Source: Paraspadella gotoi (taxonomy: Eukaryota; Animalia; Chaetognatha). From it: a stretch of DNA of 64,000 nt. Position numbers and translations under genes: made by a program. This document shows, in pieces, positions 12,622-42,150 of this stretch. The notes beneath the pieces were generated by a model, which was not told the DNA's origin, made no database searches, and was given only the letters and a program-made list of their open reading frames with translations. The DNA is taken from positions 7,932,812 to 7,996,811 of the forward strand of contig CM119270.1 in the NCBI GenBank assembly GCA_051294375.1, in the 5' to 3' direction. Every line of letters starts with the position of its first letter. The stretch's first letter is position 1.

Positions 12622-13412
12622 TCTCATCTCTCTCTCTCTCTCTGTCATTCACGTCCATCGATCTCGCCTATTCACGGCGCGCCAGGTTTTGTGTTTCGGA
12701 CGACGTGACTGTCTCTCTGAGATACCCGACTCCGAAGCTTCTGCCTTTTTTTCGTCCATCACTCCATTACTTGGTTATTTACTTATTTATTATTATTATT
12801 GCATTTCTTCTTTCGCTGACGTTATAAGCTAATTATTCACGAATTTCTCTCCTCCACAGCACGCATATTCAGCTATTTCGGTTTAGCGATAATAACCATC
12901 ATTGCGAACGCAAGTTTGACTCACGACAGTCCAAACGTCACGTCCATTGCACCAGCCAACGGTCCCAAACTTGCGTGACCATAGCTTCACCAAGACGCCA
13001 TATTTGTTCATAGGACGCCGCCTATTTTTTTCGGCGTCGCTCACGAAAAGAGAAAAAAAAAGCTCCGAGCACGGTCGCGAATCGCCGAAATTAATTCTAT
13101 GCTTATTATGTCCGGCGCACGAATTGTGGATTCTGTAAACAAAAGCTCGGAGAGCGAGGAAAGCGACAACCGAAAGAAAAAAAACAAAGAAAAGAAAAAC
13201 AAAGAAAAAAATAGAAAAAAAACAGAAAAAACAAAGGAGAGGTAAACCAAACCCTTCGCACTCAGATCCCCTTAATTCTGGTTCATAAAGCCGACCGGCG
13301 GCCCGCTCGAAATTTTAAACGCATGCGGGTAATCGCGACAAGCGTGATGATGATGAATGATTGGATGATGATGATGATATGATGGATGAATGATGATGGA
13401 TGACGACGATGA

Positions 13413-13445
<33 letters not shown>

Positions 13446-13902
13446 GATGCATGATGATGATGAATGAATGATGATGACGATGATGATGATGATGATGATT
13501 ATTTTAAAGGGGTCGACACGGACGAGAATGTTAAAAATAATTATAATGTCGATTATTTCTAAGAAAAGGTAAAAAAAAAGAACAACTACGACGGAACGAA
13601 AAAAAAAAGTGGAAAAAAATATGAAAGAGGGAACAACGACGGCGAACAATTAGGACGAGTTCGGCAACGGCGCCTGGCGCCAACCTTTAATTAACTGATC
13701 GCAATTAGCCCGCGTTTCGCGTAATGTATCAGAAAATCGCCCGCCGGCCGCCGCCGCCGCCGCGCCGCCGCCGCTTACTTCAGGCCGCCGGACTCGCCGC
13801 TATTTACGCCAAGGGGTTTTCTGTGGATTGAGGTGGTGTCTCATCTGTGTGGGTGGCTGAGTGTTTTGTTTCACACGGAGGGAAGCGAGAAAGAAAATAA
13901 TA

Positions 13903-13936
<34 letters not shown>

Positions 13937-14677
13937 TGGGGGGGGGGGGGGGTAAAATAAAACAAAAAATAAACGATAATATCCACAAATTTAATCTAGT
14001 ATTTATTAACGCTCTGTAAAATATTCCATTTACAAAATCCCATATACATTGACCATCCCAGATTTTCCCGCAAGTTCTCCCGCCTGGGTCTTATTCCGGA
14101 CGTCGCCACACGCCATCACTTCGCCACAAATGAGCGACTTCCGTCCACTGCGCGTCACGCCTTTACCCTTTCACAGCGCGTCACTGCATCAGCCCTGACA
14201 CCCTTTCACTGCGTCACCGCCGTCCGCATGAAGGAGGGAACATTTCTCGTTCGCTGAGAAAATATGGCGGAGTGACCGGCTGGAGCCGATGTCTTGAGGT
14301 TGGTTGGTTCTTGAGGTCGATCGTGCACTGGGAAATGGCAGAGGAGCGTGGGTAAAAATGGCGGAGGAGATGCGTTCAAATTGCAAAGGTGATGGTAGAA
14401 TAGAAATGCGGAAGAGATTGATAGAAAATGGCGGAGTGACAAAAATTGGCGGAGGAGGTGGTTAAAAATACAAAAGAAGATGGTTGAAATAGCAGAGGGA
14501 TATCGGTAGAAATGGCGGGGGAGATGGTAGAAAATGGCATAGGAGATGGTAGAAGTGACACGAGAATATAGCCGGGAAGATTGAGGATGACGAAAATGCA
14601 CAGAAAGTCAGTTAGAAATGGTTATTTTTTTTAAGTATTTATTTCTTTCTTTCTTCTTTCTTTCTTTCTTATCTATC

Positions 14678-14756
<79 letters not shown>

Positions 14757-15478
14757 ATCTATCTAATCTTATGCTATCTATCTATCTATCTCTCTGTCTA
14801 TCTGTCTTTATATCTATCTATTTAGAAGAAGGTGAATGAAGAGGGGTAATAGACACGCGCTGGCGATCGCATTCATGCTGTCATCCATTTCCCGTTCTTT
14901 ATCCACATCATGTTCGCCAATCGCCAACCATGCAATCCTCCGACGGAGGTTCTCCGTCCACTGATGCCGCCGCAGCATTGTTCCAGCCCCAGCATCATCT
15001 CGCATGCGGCTGCAGCTCCAGCACGGACATCGACGCGGCGCAGAAAGTCTTCTCCGATCATGGAGTTCGCACAAGTGGATGCGGCCGAGGATGACGGCAA
15101 GAAGCCTACGCCTGTGGGAAACGCTGGGGGTTGGAGTGGAGAGATTAATGAAGTGAAGGATTTGACTGAAAAATTGTTGGTTAACCAATCAATTTGTTTT
15201 GTTATATTTGTTATTGTCATTTGTTTTCGTTTGTTTAAATTATTCCGACTTTGCGCACTTGCCCTTTTTTTTGTTGAGAAAAGAAAAGGTTTTATTAGTA
15301 AAAAAAAATATTATGGGTGATTTTTTTGCGCCGATTTTCTTGAATAAATAAAAAAATAAATATTTTGACTGAAAAAAGGTTTTCGATAAAAAAATTGCGA
15401 TGGGTCCGCCTTGAAGGTCTCCCAAAGGCGGTCGCAAGAAAGCAGCAGAATTAATCGGATATGTGCGATGCCGCTAGG

Positions 15479-15573
<95 letters not shown>

Positions 15574-18500
15574 AGGACTTTTTATTTGTTTTCTATCACG
15601 CCCCCAAAGAAAAAAAGAGCCAAATTCCTATATTTCGACCACTAAAATCTGAAATTTATGCAGTTTAAAATTTTGTTTACTTTTCGTGTTTTTATGTCTT
15701 ATTTATTCTTTAATTTTATTTTAATGGTTATTTTCTTTGTCTCAGGCTTTCGTTATGTACTTGCCTAAAAAAAAAGCCAAAATTCATTAGATTGAACTTT
15801 ACAATTATCCACTGCTGTCAGGTTGAGATATGTCATCTCCCTAATTCCTTCGCCCCGCGGGGTGGCTTAGGTGGCGGCCCCAGGGCAGGACTATTCCAGG
15901 TGGAGCAGCAAAATGTCATGAGGGGCTTGCCCCTAATAGACCTAAAATGTTGCCCCAGGGGAACCCGGGGGGCCTAAAAAAAGTCGCCCTGGGGGGTAAA
16001 CCCCTTGGCGGAGCAAAAAAGTGCCCCCCAGGCGGCGCAGTTAAGGAGAGAGCAAAGTTTAGATAAGAAAATATTACTTTCTGACATGTTATTGTACCTG
16101 AGAATATCTCTCCCTGTCGCTTACTCTGCCTTTCTCTCTCTTTCCTTTCTCTTCTACTCTTTCTTCTCTCTCTTCACTCTCTTTTTTTTTTCTCTTTTAT
16201 TTTTTCTTTCTTTCTTTTTCTTTCTCTCTCTCTTTCTCTCTCTCTATCTTTCAAGACTTGTTTTATGTAACTAAAAAAAATATTTTTTCTTTTTCAACAT
16301 TATTATTAACCCGTTTTTTATTCCATATTTTTATCTAAAAATTAGAATATTTGTATTTTTATAAACTTAATTATTTCTATTTTAACTTAAAAGAGTATAG
16401 AAACAATGCTATTGACGTGCCACAATAATTTTTTTTTTACTTTTTTTTTTTGGATGGACATACTGATGGACTATATTGGTTTGGCGCAGCTATTGGTTCA
16501 TTGATTGGATTAAATGAAGTGAAAACAATATTATTTTTTATTTTTATGTTTCTATTTTAATAAAAGCATGAAAAAAAAAGAGATAGAGAAAGAGAGAGAC
16601 GCAGAGAGAAGAGGAGAGAGAGAGAACCAGAGACGAGAGAGGAAAGGGAGAGAGGAATAGAAGGAGAGAGAAGAGACCGATTCCAGGCAGACGCAGGCCA
16701 AATTAACATTTCCCCCTGGGGGTAGCCCCCAGGGGAAAGTTTTTCTAGCCTCGGGGGATTTCCCCCTGGAGTGGCCCCTTGCGCCTAAAAAAAGAGGCTA
16801 CAGGGTGGCCGCCCCCAGAGCAGTAAGGATTTGCTTGCCCCCGCGGGCCGCCCCGCAGGGTGCCACCCCGCGGAGCGCCCCTAGCAGCGCCCCCGGGGGA
16901 GGCGATTCTGAAGGGATGACCATTACTTGGTCAGGTTCGTGACAAAATTTCAAAAAACATATTTCTCTAGACAATTATGTGGACATAATGTGCGACACAT
17001 AATGTGGACGCATACCCTGAGCGACTCCCATCCATCGAGGATCAATTGAGATTCTGAAACTCGGCATTTCTGAGGTGAAACAAATCCAAGAAATCAATCA
17101 TCAGATCTTAAATTCAATCAACGAAGCCAATCTAAATTTCGATCAACGAATCGATAAATGCATAACGAATCAATTACAGGGACTGACTTGACCGCTGTTT
17201 GCCGCTTAATCATCGTCATCTGCAGCTACCAGAGTCGTAACCGATCGCCTTCATTGATTTCTCCGTTTGACATCCAACATTTAAGAAACAACATCGGAAC
17301 CTTGAACACACAATCATTTCCCGTCTATATATCAATCATTTCACTCATTACTTTAACGGATAGCAATAATTCAATCATTTATTCAATTCAATGCTTCTTC
17401 GTTAAAAAAGAAGCTCCCGGATATCTTTCTAAACAAATAAAATCATAATTTATTCACCGGCCGCGTAAAATTTCTGTGGAGCGAATTCAACGCCAACTGC
17501 AGATTTTCGTCGACTTGTTCTTTTGTCTTTCGTCCTGAAGGATTTCCGCCATGCTGAAAGAATCAGAACGCAATAAGTAATAGAAAAATAATGAAATGGA
17601 TTTGAAAATTCAAATATAATTAAAAATAATTGATGAAAACGTAATTACGATATCACATGGATTAAAAACATAAAAACATCCATTAGCTAATGGAAATACT
17701 GAATAAACGTAAGTAGGGCCAATCATCGTCATCGTTCAACGTCAACACCGACATTACTATGTTGTCTCAACTGTTCCTCACCTGCCAATCCCCCGTGCCC
17801 TTACACCCACTTCGACCACGCTGGACTTAGGTCGCGGCTGTCCGGATTCGATGGCCGTGCCCGAAAGGCGTTGTTGAAGGGAAAAAGCAGTTAGGGTCGA
17901 TTTCGAGACTGGAGCGCAGGTGAGCCGGAGGCGCCGGCAAACGGCGGGGTCGCTCATCGAGGCGCCGGGAAAAGCGAAAAGGTGACCGGGCGCGAAGACG
18001 CCGCCCTGCGCGACGGAGGAAAGAGCATGGTCGCCGTTGCGAACACGAGGTCCTCTCTAGTGGCAAGAAGCAATACATTGGATTTTAGCCATACGAAACC
18101 AACTTACAATACAAACTCCATTGATGTAAGCAAATCAATCAATCAATCAATCAATACAATCAATTATGTAAGCCAATCAACAGACCGGACCATCTTTACG
18201 CAACACAATAGTGATCAAGCCCTTCCCCTACCCTCAATTTTTCCCATCGTTTGGCCAACTGTCGTCCGTCCAAAAATAGCGCCAAGTTTTCGTCCCTTCG
18301 CAAGGCGCCCAAGTGACGCCGACAACATTGGAATTTGGGCGGCGCCTAGTGGTAGCCGCGGCCCAGCCGAACACAGCGTCGCACGGTTGATGTTAACGAT
18401 TTGCCCGGCGTCGGTCGGTTTACCGAAATACGCATTTTATAAAACTAATATTAAAAAAATAAAATAAGAACTAAAAAAACTACAATAAGTGATACGCACG

Positions 18501-18635
18501 GAGATATTTTTCTATATGACAGCGTTAAAGGCTTTTTTTTTCCCTCTCAGGATTTATGAAGGGATCTCTGGAACAAGCGAGATTTACGCGTCCCGTTATT
18601 CAAAGCAGGTGGTCGGTTTAGAGAGAGAGAGAGAT

Positions 18636-18682
<47 letters not shown>

Positions 18683-18917
18683 AGGACACAAAAAGAGAGA
18701 GAGCATGAACGACAGACGAGAGAGAGAGACTCTGGATATATATATATACAAAAAGTTTAAACAAACCTAAAGTCGTTTCGTTTCCCCCATACCGTAAATT
18801 AATTTCAAGTCCGATGATCCAAATAAATTAACCTTTTTTCCGCTTCAAGTTTTAAAAATTATCGCTTTTAAAATTTATTATAATCACACAGCTCTCCGGA
18901 GCATAATAAAAAGCTCA
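12391..18917. repeat. Copy B of the ~6.5-7.5 kb tandem duplication
   Basis: Colinear with 4900-12365; the differences are mostly small indels. Confidence 0.85.
14814..18435 (-). pseudogene. DDI1: DDI1-like gene, copy B (frameshifted throughout; probably a noisy-read duplicate of copy A)
   Basis: Same six exons in the same order: ATG at 18435, DSGA exon ~17190-17300, RIHLCEL exon ~15110-14814. Many 1-nt indels. Confidence 0.75.
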
Positions 18918-19009
18918 CGAAAATAAAAAATTTATCAGTTTGGAAATTTCTCGAGCAAAAAAAAATAAGTGGGAAAATTATATTGCAGATTTCAAAAAAA
19001 AAAATTTTG

Positions 19010-19430
19010 TAAAAAAAACAAAAATAAATAAAAAATAAAAATCCCCTTCCCTCCAAAAAAAAAATAACTAAAAATAAAAAAATCCCCACTCCCCTCCAAA
19101 AAAAAATAAATAAAAAAATAAAAATCCCCTCCCTCCAAAAAACAAAAATAAATAAAAAATTAAAAAATCCCCTTCCCTCAGAAAAAAATAAATAAAAAAA
19201 ATAAAAATCCCCCTCCTCAAAAAAAAATAAATAAAAAATAAAAATCCCCCTCCCTCAAAAAAAATAAATAAAAAAATAAAAATCCCCCTCCCTCCAAAAA
19301 CAAAAACTAAAAATAAAATAAAATCCCCCTCCCTCAAAAAAAAACATAAATAAAAAAATAAAATCCCCCTTCCCTCAAAATAAAAATAAATAAAAAAAAT
19401 AAAAATCCCCCTCCCTCCAAAAAAAAATAA
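19010..19430 (+). repeat. Minisatellite, ~36-40 bp unit (aaaaaataaataaaaaataaaaatccccctccctc), ~10 copies
   Basis: A-rich tract followed by 'aaatcccc(c)tccctc', repeated in tandem. Confidence 0.9.
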
Positions 19431-20696
19431 GGTTCGTAGGGAAAAACTTTAAAACAAGTAACTTTTAAGCAGAAAGAGATTTTTGTTATAGTCTTTGGGA
19501 ACAAATGTGAAACATAGTCTAACTTTCTGTTTTCTGTTCCCACTGTATGCAAGTTTGTCACTTTTCAATCGATCGTCAGACAATGATTCTTGTTCCGTCT
19601 GTCTGTCTGTCTTCCCGTTGTCTGTTTGTTCTTTTATCACTCGATTTGTATGTTTTCGTGAATTCGAAATAAAATAATTATTCTTGAAATAACTACCTAT
19701 ACCGTTCACAATAAAATCACTATTTCTGAACAAAAGTATGAGAGTAAACGATTGGTTTTCAAGCCACGACTGAAGGGAAAACTGCCAATCGTTTTTCGGT
19801 CGAGTAGATTTTTTCCTCCCGATAAATCGAGACCTAAAAAGTTCGACGGGAGAAGCAGGTGTTCGAACAGATGCTGACGGAGATGCTCATTACGATGGTA
19901 ATGTAAATTCAGATGCAGCTTTTAACGACGACTTGAAACCTACCTGAATAAAATAAAGGGAAGTGAATCTAAACTTAGAAAAGAATTTACCATTAGATTT
20001 CAAAGGCATTTATGTTATAATACATCAAAATAACTTATAAATCCATCTAGTAAAAAAAATATTTCAATCCTAATATCAGAAGGATGTGATTGGATTGGAT
20101 GGTCATCCTTTTTTTTTTTAAATCGATTTTACCATTAATTAAAGCATTATGTACAACTGATTATCGGTTCTATTGATATCAAACGTTTTATTGAGGCAGA
20201 TCCTGATCCCAATATATCTGAGTCAATGCCGTAGCCGATTACCACCGCGATGCCGAGATCAATACCGTTAACAATTCATCTAGCCAAACCGCAGCTGATA
20301 CCAAAACCAATGCCATCCGATTTCGATGCACGGCGTCCGATGCCTTCACCGATTTAGTCCTTGACTTCTCCGCTGCTCATGAATAATAAATCACGAATCC
20401 AGGAGCGATTTTTCACGCGTTCAATTTCCCATGAGCAATTTATTGGTTGTTTATCGCCGAGACGCTGGTGTTAGCTTTCTAGATTAATTATGCATTCACG
20501 TCTTTGGTCGTTCAGTTCAGTTCAGTCGATAGTCAGTCAGTTAGTCGATAGTCATTCGTCCATTGACACTATTTTTATTGATTAATTTGTTCAGGTTATA
20601 TTCACGTTTGTTTGTGGTACATAAAAATCACAAATTCATTAATTCATTCATTTGTTCTCTTAGATACTCAATTGGTCTCTTTTTTTCCCGTTTTTT

Positions 20697-20757
20697 AATG
20701 AATGAATGAATGAATGAATGAATGAATGAATGAATGAATGAATGAATGAATGAATGA
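20697..20757 (+). repeat. (GAAT)n microsatellite
   Basis: Pure tetranucleotide run. Confidence 0.9.
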
Positions 20758-20853
20758 AAAAAATATATATAAACAAACAAACGAATAAATGAATGAATGA
20801 ATCGGTTAATAAATGAATAAATGTAAGAAATATTTTGTCCTTCACTTCCTCAG

Positions 20854-36599
<15,746 letters not shown>

Positions 36600-36923
36600 T
36601 TGGAACCCGAAAAAAGAATTTACTTTATCGATTTGATCGAGGCCGAGAGGGCAATCCTTTTCAATATTACTCCCTTTTAAGATTGATCGATTTACTGAAT
36701 AACTGAGAGATTGGTTGATTGATTGATTGATTGAAAGATCTACTCAATAATTTAATGATTGACTTTTTAGTTGACATTTTAATTGCTGCTTTGGTTGATT
36801 GATTGTGTGATTCATAATTCGGCCACTTTAACTTTTCCTGAAGCTTTTTACTTTAATCGTCCCTCATTAGATTTGATAACCGTCTCTGATAACCTCTCTG
36901 GTTTTATCCCAAGATTTACAAAT

Positions 36924-37015
36924 AAATTCTGACTATTCACAGAAAATCATCTAAATCTAAATCTAAATCTAAATCTAAATCTAAATTCTGACTATTCACA
37001 GAAAATCCTCTAAAT
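36924..37015 (+). repeat. 25-bp direct repeat flanking an (ATCTAA)n hexamer run
   Basis: 'aaattctgactattcacagaaaatc' occurs twice, separated by about six atctaa units. Confidence 0.8.
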
Positions 37016-37938
37016 CGTAATGAGCTTTTTTCTTCGAAGAATCTCACCAGTACAATTTAACGCCAGAAATTTTCGAGATTCCATGTAAGTATTTTAGCCG
37101 AGATTTCCTTGTAATACAAGCAGGCGTGTCAGTCAATTGTCTGTCATTCGCGTGAAGAAAAAAAGTTGAATTAATGTCGATGTCTTGAACTGTGAAAAAT
37201 AAAAGGAATATCTCCCTCCTCTTACATTTGACACTGTTCTGTTTTCTTTGTAGTTACCTTTATATAATGATGTTGCTGTCATATCAGTATTATTTTTCAC
37301 TCCCTCCTCGTTTTCCTGAAATGTCCCATTGTCCCCGAAAATGGCATATTGTCATTGAACGTACTAAAACAGCATATTTATTAATTTATTTATTTAATAA
37401 TTATTTAGTTACATTCGAATACTGTCTCAATCCATATTATAAAATAAAATTGTTAACGGTCACTAGAAATTCATTGCTTTTTTTTTTGGTCTGAAATATG
37501 TAAGTAAAACTTAACTAGTTATGTTACTAGATAAAACAAGATACAGGTTTATGTTTTCATTAGAGTAAAAGTAATAGTTAAATAATTTTGAAATTTTCTG
37601 CATTAGAGCCAGGTATTGAAAAGTGCATAATTGACAATATTTGTATTGAAATTGAGATCGGAGGTGATTAAGAATGTGAAAGATGTGGTAACTTAATAAA
37701 ACAATTGTGCAAACTATAATAGAAACTTTAGTTTAGAAATATCACTTCATTTTAGTATTAAAAAAACAATCAGTTTGTCAAATATCTTTGAAAAAATATT
37801 CACAAAGTATAGAAAAAGATTCAAGTGGAAAAGAGAAATCATTCCATTAGTTTTGGTAGTTTGTTTTTTTTGTCAAAAAGTTTTCTTTTTTTTTGTTTTT
37901 TTTTTCCTTCTTCTTTCGTTTACATGCTTGTATGTTCT

Positions 37939-40734
37939 TCAGGCATACATAAAGGAACTAATTATTGGGACCAATAATATAACAACGTTAATCATATCAT
38001 AATTGTTTGAAATTTCACTGCGCACACATTCTGGGAACTCACTCATCAGAACAGTTACATTACGTCCCATTTTCACGCTGGAGGATATCTTTGTAATGTA
38101 AATAAATACGGGTAACTCCGACGGAGTTACGGCAGATAACATTTTGATTTTGTATGAATCACTAAGATAGCGATTATATAGTTTCCCGATTTTCTCGTGA
38201 GGAATCTCAACCGGAAACTTAAAAATAACAAAGCAACTAAGTTCAGCAAAGATCAGTAATGACACATACAAAAGTTTTGGGTAAATTCCGAATCGTTGGC
38301 CCTTGAAAATGTTGGTCAAAAACAAGCCCACCCACGTCACCAAGGGCAAAAGAGAAACGTTTAAAAGGAGAAAAAACGATTCCAATATCGCGAAGCAGTT
38401 CACCAATTGGTCTCCACTGCACCTGGTGGGTCGGCAGACCTCGAGGCTACATTCGCTCAACGTTCTCATTGTTAAAGGACCCAACGGCAAGATGCAACAG
38501 ATGAAACCAGTTATAGCGACGAAAAATCTGTCTCTCTTCGTTTTGCTCCGAGGAAACCCACCGGTCAAAAAGGAGAGAACGAAAATCAAAGTTCCCGAAA
38601 CGAATGAGAACTGAGCGACAACGGAAAAGATTCTGTACTGCTTTTCCTTAGAGACGAACAGCCTGATGAGCAACTGGGCGTTCTTCGGCCAGAAAGGTTT
38701 TACTTCCAACGAATCCGTCTCCCTGAACAAGAATTCGTGACTGAGGCTGGCGTATAAGTTGATACCGACGACGGTCAACGGCGCCAGTGAAGCCGAGAGA
38801 AAGAGAGCCGCTTTGGCCGCTTCCTTCAGCGACAGCAGACGCGCGGCGACGTAACCGACGCCGACAATTAAATCCAGCATCAGCAAAGCGTGCATCGTGG
38901 AATGCTGCGGCGATAGAAACCGGTAATTTCCAAGAAGGTAAGTGTCTCCTCGTCTTAGTTTGTTTTTCAATTTCGGCCATTCAGATTTGAATACTTTGCA
39001 CGGTCGAGCTCCGAATTTCATTGGAACCCAGTTTACCCACCTTTCGGTGTCGGTGAGTCCCCTCGGTTCGTAACAGGCGTTTTTCCATAAATTTGGCGCT
39101 AATCCTAACTTCATGTGCACATCGAAATATACGAGTTTCGGCGTCGACGTTTCAATTTTTATCTTGCGGTCTGCAACGTGGTGCTGGATGGTTTGTCGCC
39201 GGTAAATGTCGAAGGGGAATGACAGAGCGACCAACGTCCAAGAAATCATGAATAGACTTTGGGAGATCGATACAGTCGCCTTTCTGCACCGTTCAAAAGG
39301 AAATATTATAATATTATATTATATATATATATTATATATATTATAATATATTAGTTAAATCAATACTTTTTTGACAGCTGGTCTTTGGGTTATTTTCATT
39401 AATTACTAATTCTTAAAAATAAAGGAAAGTATGTATGCTATCTTAACAATTACGAGTAAAAGATTTAAAAAAGTATTTTACTTGAAATAAAATTGATTAA
39501 ATGAAATTAAATCAAAAACTTAAATTACATATTAAGTTTATAAACACTGTTAATAACAGGCTTACTTTGGTCGAAATTTTCCTTTTATCAAACAGGAGAT
39601 ATAGTGATGCACTTCAGCCAAATCAAAAATTCTTAAGAGCACGGTGAAGCTAAGAACAGATAACCACAGGTGAGTTTTGAAGCTCCAAATATTAATGAGA
39701 TACGCGTTGACCACGACACCAATGACGCCTTGCAAGAAAGCGCAAATGCTGATTGGAGTTCCCAGTACCTCGCGAGACTTTGTGGCGAAAGAGGCCAGAC
39801 TAAAGGAGGACAGAGCGAAGGAAATCGGTGTATCGTAGTCCTTGATTTCCCAAGAACATGAGAACAATGTCTTTTGAAACTGCTGAAATCGTTGAGAACA
39901 AGAACAACGCTTTGGCAATTGAATCATCGTTCCATTGTCAGAAAATGCATAAAGTTTAAATCCCCTTGGATCACAATTGGATTTAACCCAATTTAGACTT
40001 TTTTTAATAATACGAATGAGTTTGACATTATTCTTACAATAATCTGTAACAACGAAAATATTGTATTTTCAAGAGTTTCGATTTCTGTGTTTGTTCTTTC
40101 TTAGAAAATATAACCTGATCTCAAAATATTGCGTGGAATTAAAAAATATTTCAATTGTTATAATTAATAAATTTGCATATTATAGTCACAAAATTTAACG
40201 TTTGGTAAATTTAAAAAAAGAAATTAGCCTAAATCGGGTCAAAACTGACTTGCCGTCTGCCAAGCATTGCTCGTCCGCTCCGCTCGTCATTGCAAAGACC
40301 GTCGCCATGGCCTGCAGAATCAATTGGGGAAAAGATTCCAGCAGAATGTGCATCAGTTCCAGAGATTGCAGACTACCGAACTTGGAAGGCAACGAGGCCG
40401 CCGATACAAGGGACGAATGCCTTCGGTCCAGTTGATAGTCGATCGATAGCAACGCGTTGCCGAGACCCAAGAGTCCGCAGGTCACCGTCCCCACTTTTCG
40501 CCAGACGCCATTCCACAATCGGGGATACAGTCCCGTCTCTCGACTCACGCGGCGCCAGAGGTGAGCGCCGGAAACGGCGCCGTGGACGAGCAAGACGCCG
40601 GCCATTGCGGCGCCGAGAAATCGTTCGACGCGATAGGATTTTAGGGAGAATCGAATCGTCGTCTGGACATCGGTGACAAAATCGGCGACGTTGAGAATGA
40701 CGACGACGAAAGCAAAAATTATTTCGGTCTGCAT
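37939..40734 (-). CDS. Divergent XK-related (Xkr-like) multi-pass membrane protein, 767 aa, 3 exons
   Basis: Exons 40734-40254, 40043-39566 and 39283-37939 sum to 2304 nt in one open frame. XK-family motifs ADFVTD (first helix) and LLESFPQLILQ; many hydrophobic segments. Intron 1 needs a GC donor (G|GCAAGT); intron 2 is AA|GTAAGC...TGCAG. Confidence 0.75.
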
Positions 40735-41054
40735 TTTTTTTTTTTTTTTGGATTCCGCAGCGAGGAAGAGCGAGAAGTCAGGGAGTAACTATTTACGTGA
40801 AAAGAGGGAGAGAGAGAATTGCAAAAAAAGGTTTAATTATTATTTATAAAAACATTTGACGCTAATGACGATCAGGCGTTTGCAATAGGATGGAGCGAAG
40901 AAATGATTGAGAGATGTTAAAATATTCATTTGATGCCTTTATAACAGAAATTGCATTTTTTTTTGGTAGTAATATCCATATGAATTTATATATATATTTT
41001 TTTTGAAGAACATTTTCAGATGTACCACAAAAGATTAAGAAACTTTTGTAAGAT

Positions 41055-41101
41055 ATAGATTATATAGATTATATAGATTATATAGATTATATAGATTATA
41101 G
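41055..41101 (+). repeat. 9-bp tandem repeat (tatagatta)x5
   Basis: Read directly from the sequence. Confidence 0.85.
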
Positions 41102-41873
41102 TACAGAAAGGTTAAGAATTTTTTAAATTATTTTTGACACTGAAAACATTCGATAACATGATTTATATTCTCTGTATTTGATAATTATACCTAACACGTA
41201 GAATTATCCTTGTAACATATCTGAAGTAATTTTTTTCGTTTTCGAGAGCTGCATTCTTGTCCGAAATGCGACTTAAACTCGCCCCTGGATTCACCTTTTT
41301 ATTTATTTACTTATTGACTTTTTTGTATGTCTGTCTTTGTATCTGTAGATAATTTTGAAGGCCGGGAAAAGGTCTGAATCGTCAAGAAAATAATCCCAAG
41401 TCAAACCAATGATAAACGTGCCTGATCATCATTTTTTAAATTTTTCTTGTTTTTTTTTTCCTTTTTATGATTTTCGCAGTTTTTTCTAATTTTCAATTAT
41501 TTATTTAATATTAAGTTTAACTTCCAGCAATATACTTTTGATTTACTTATCAATAATTTCATCATGTCACTAATACATCTTTGATGTAATCAATTAGGCA
41601 AAACTTAATCAAAAAGTTTCCTTACTAATTAAAGGAGTGATATTAAAATCATCTCCGTCAGTTTTTTTTTTTTTTTTCGTTAATAAATCTCGCGATATAG
41701 GATTCGATAATGATAAAATATAAGTATAAATATCAGCCAAAACTTATTTACATTTGATGCGTTCGACATTACTAATGAAATTTAAAATCTAAATTAAATT
41801 TGAACTAGATTTTGACAAAAAAATCATTTTCTCATTCTAGCGGTTTAATCTCCTCTGCTCCGGTCTTCTCCGA

Positions 41874-41875
<2 letters not shown>

Positions 41876-41948
<73 letters not shown>

Positions 41949-42080
41949 TATGAAGAAAAAAACACATTTTACTTCTACATTCTACGCTCTCAGTTCCGGT
42001 CTGCTCCTATCTACTTCTGATCTGCTCTGATTTCTCTCTCTCTCTCTCTCTCTCCCTCTCTCTCTTTCTCTCTCCTCCTC

Positions 42081-42150
<70 letters not shown>
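41876..42150 (+). repeat. Two (CT)n microsatellites
   Basis: CT runs at 41876-41942 and ~42033-42150. Confidence 0.9.
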
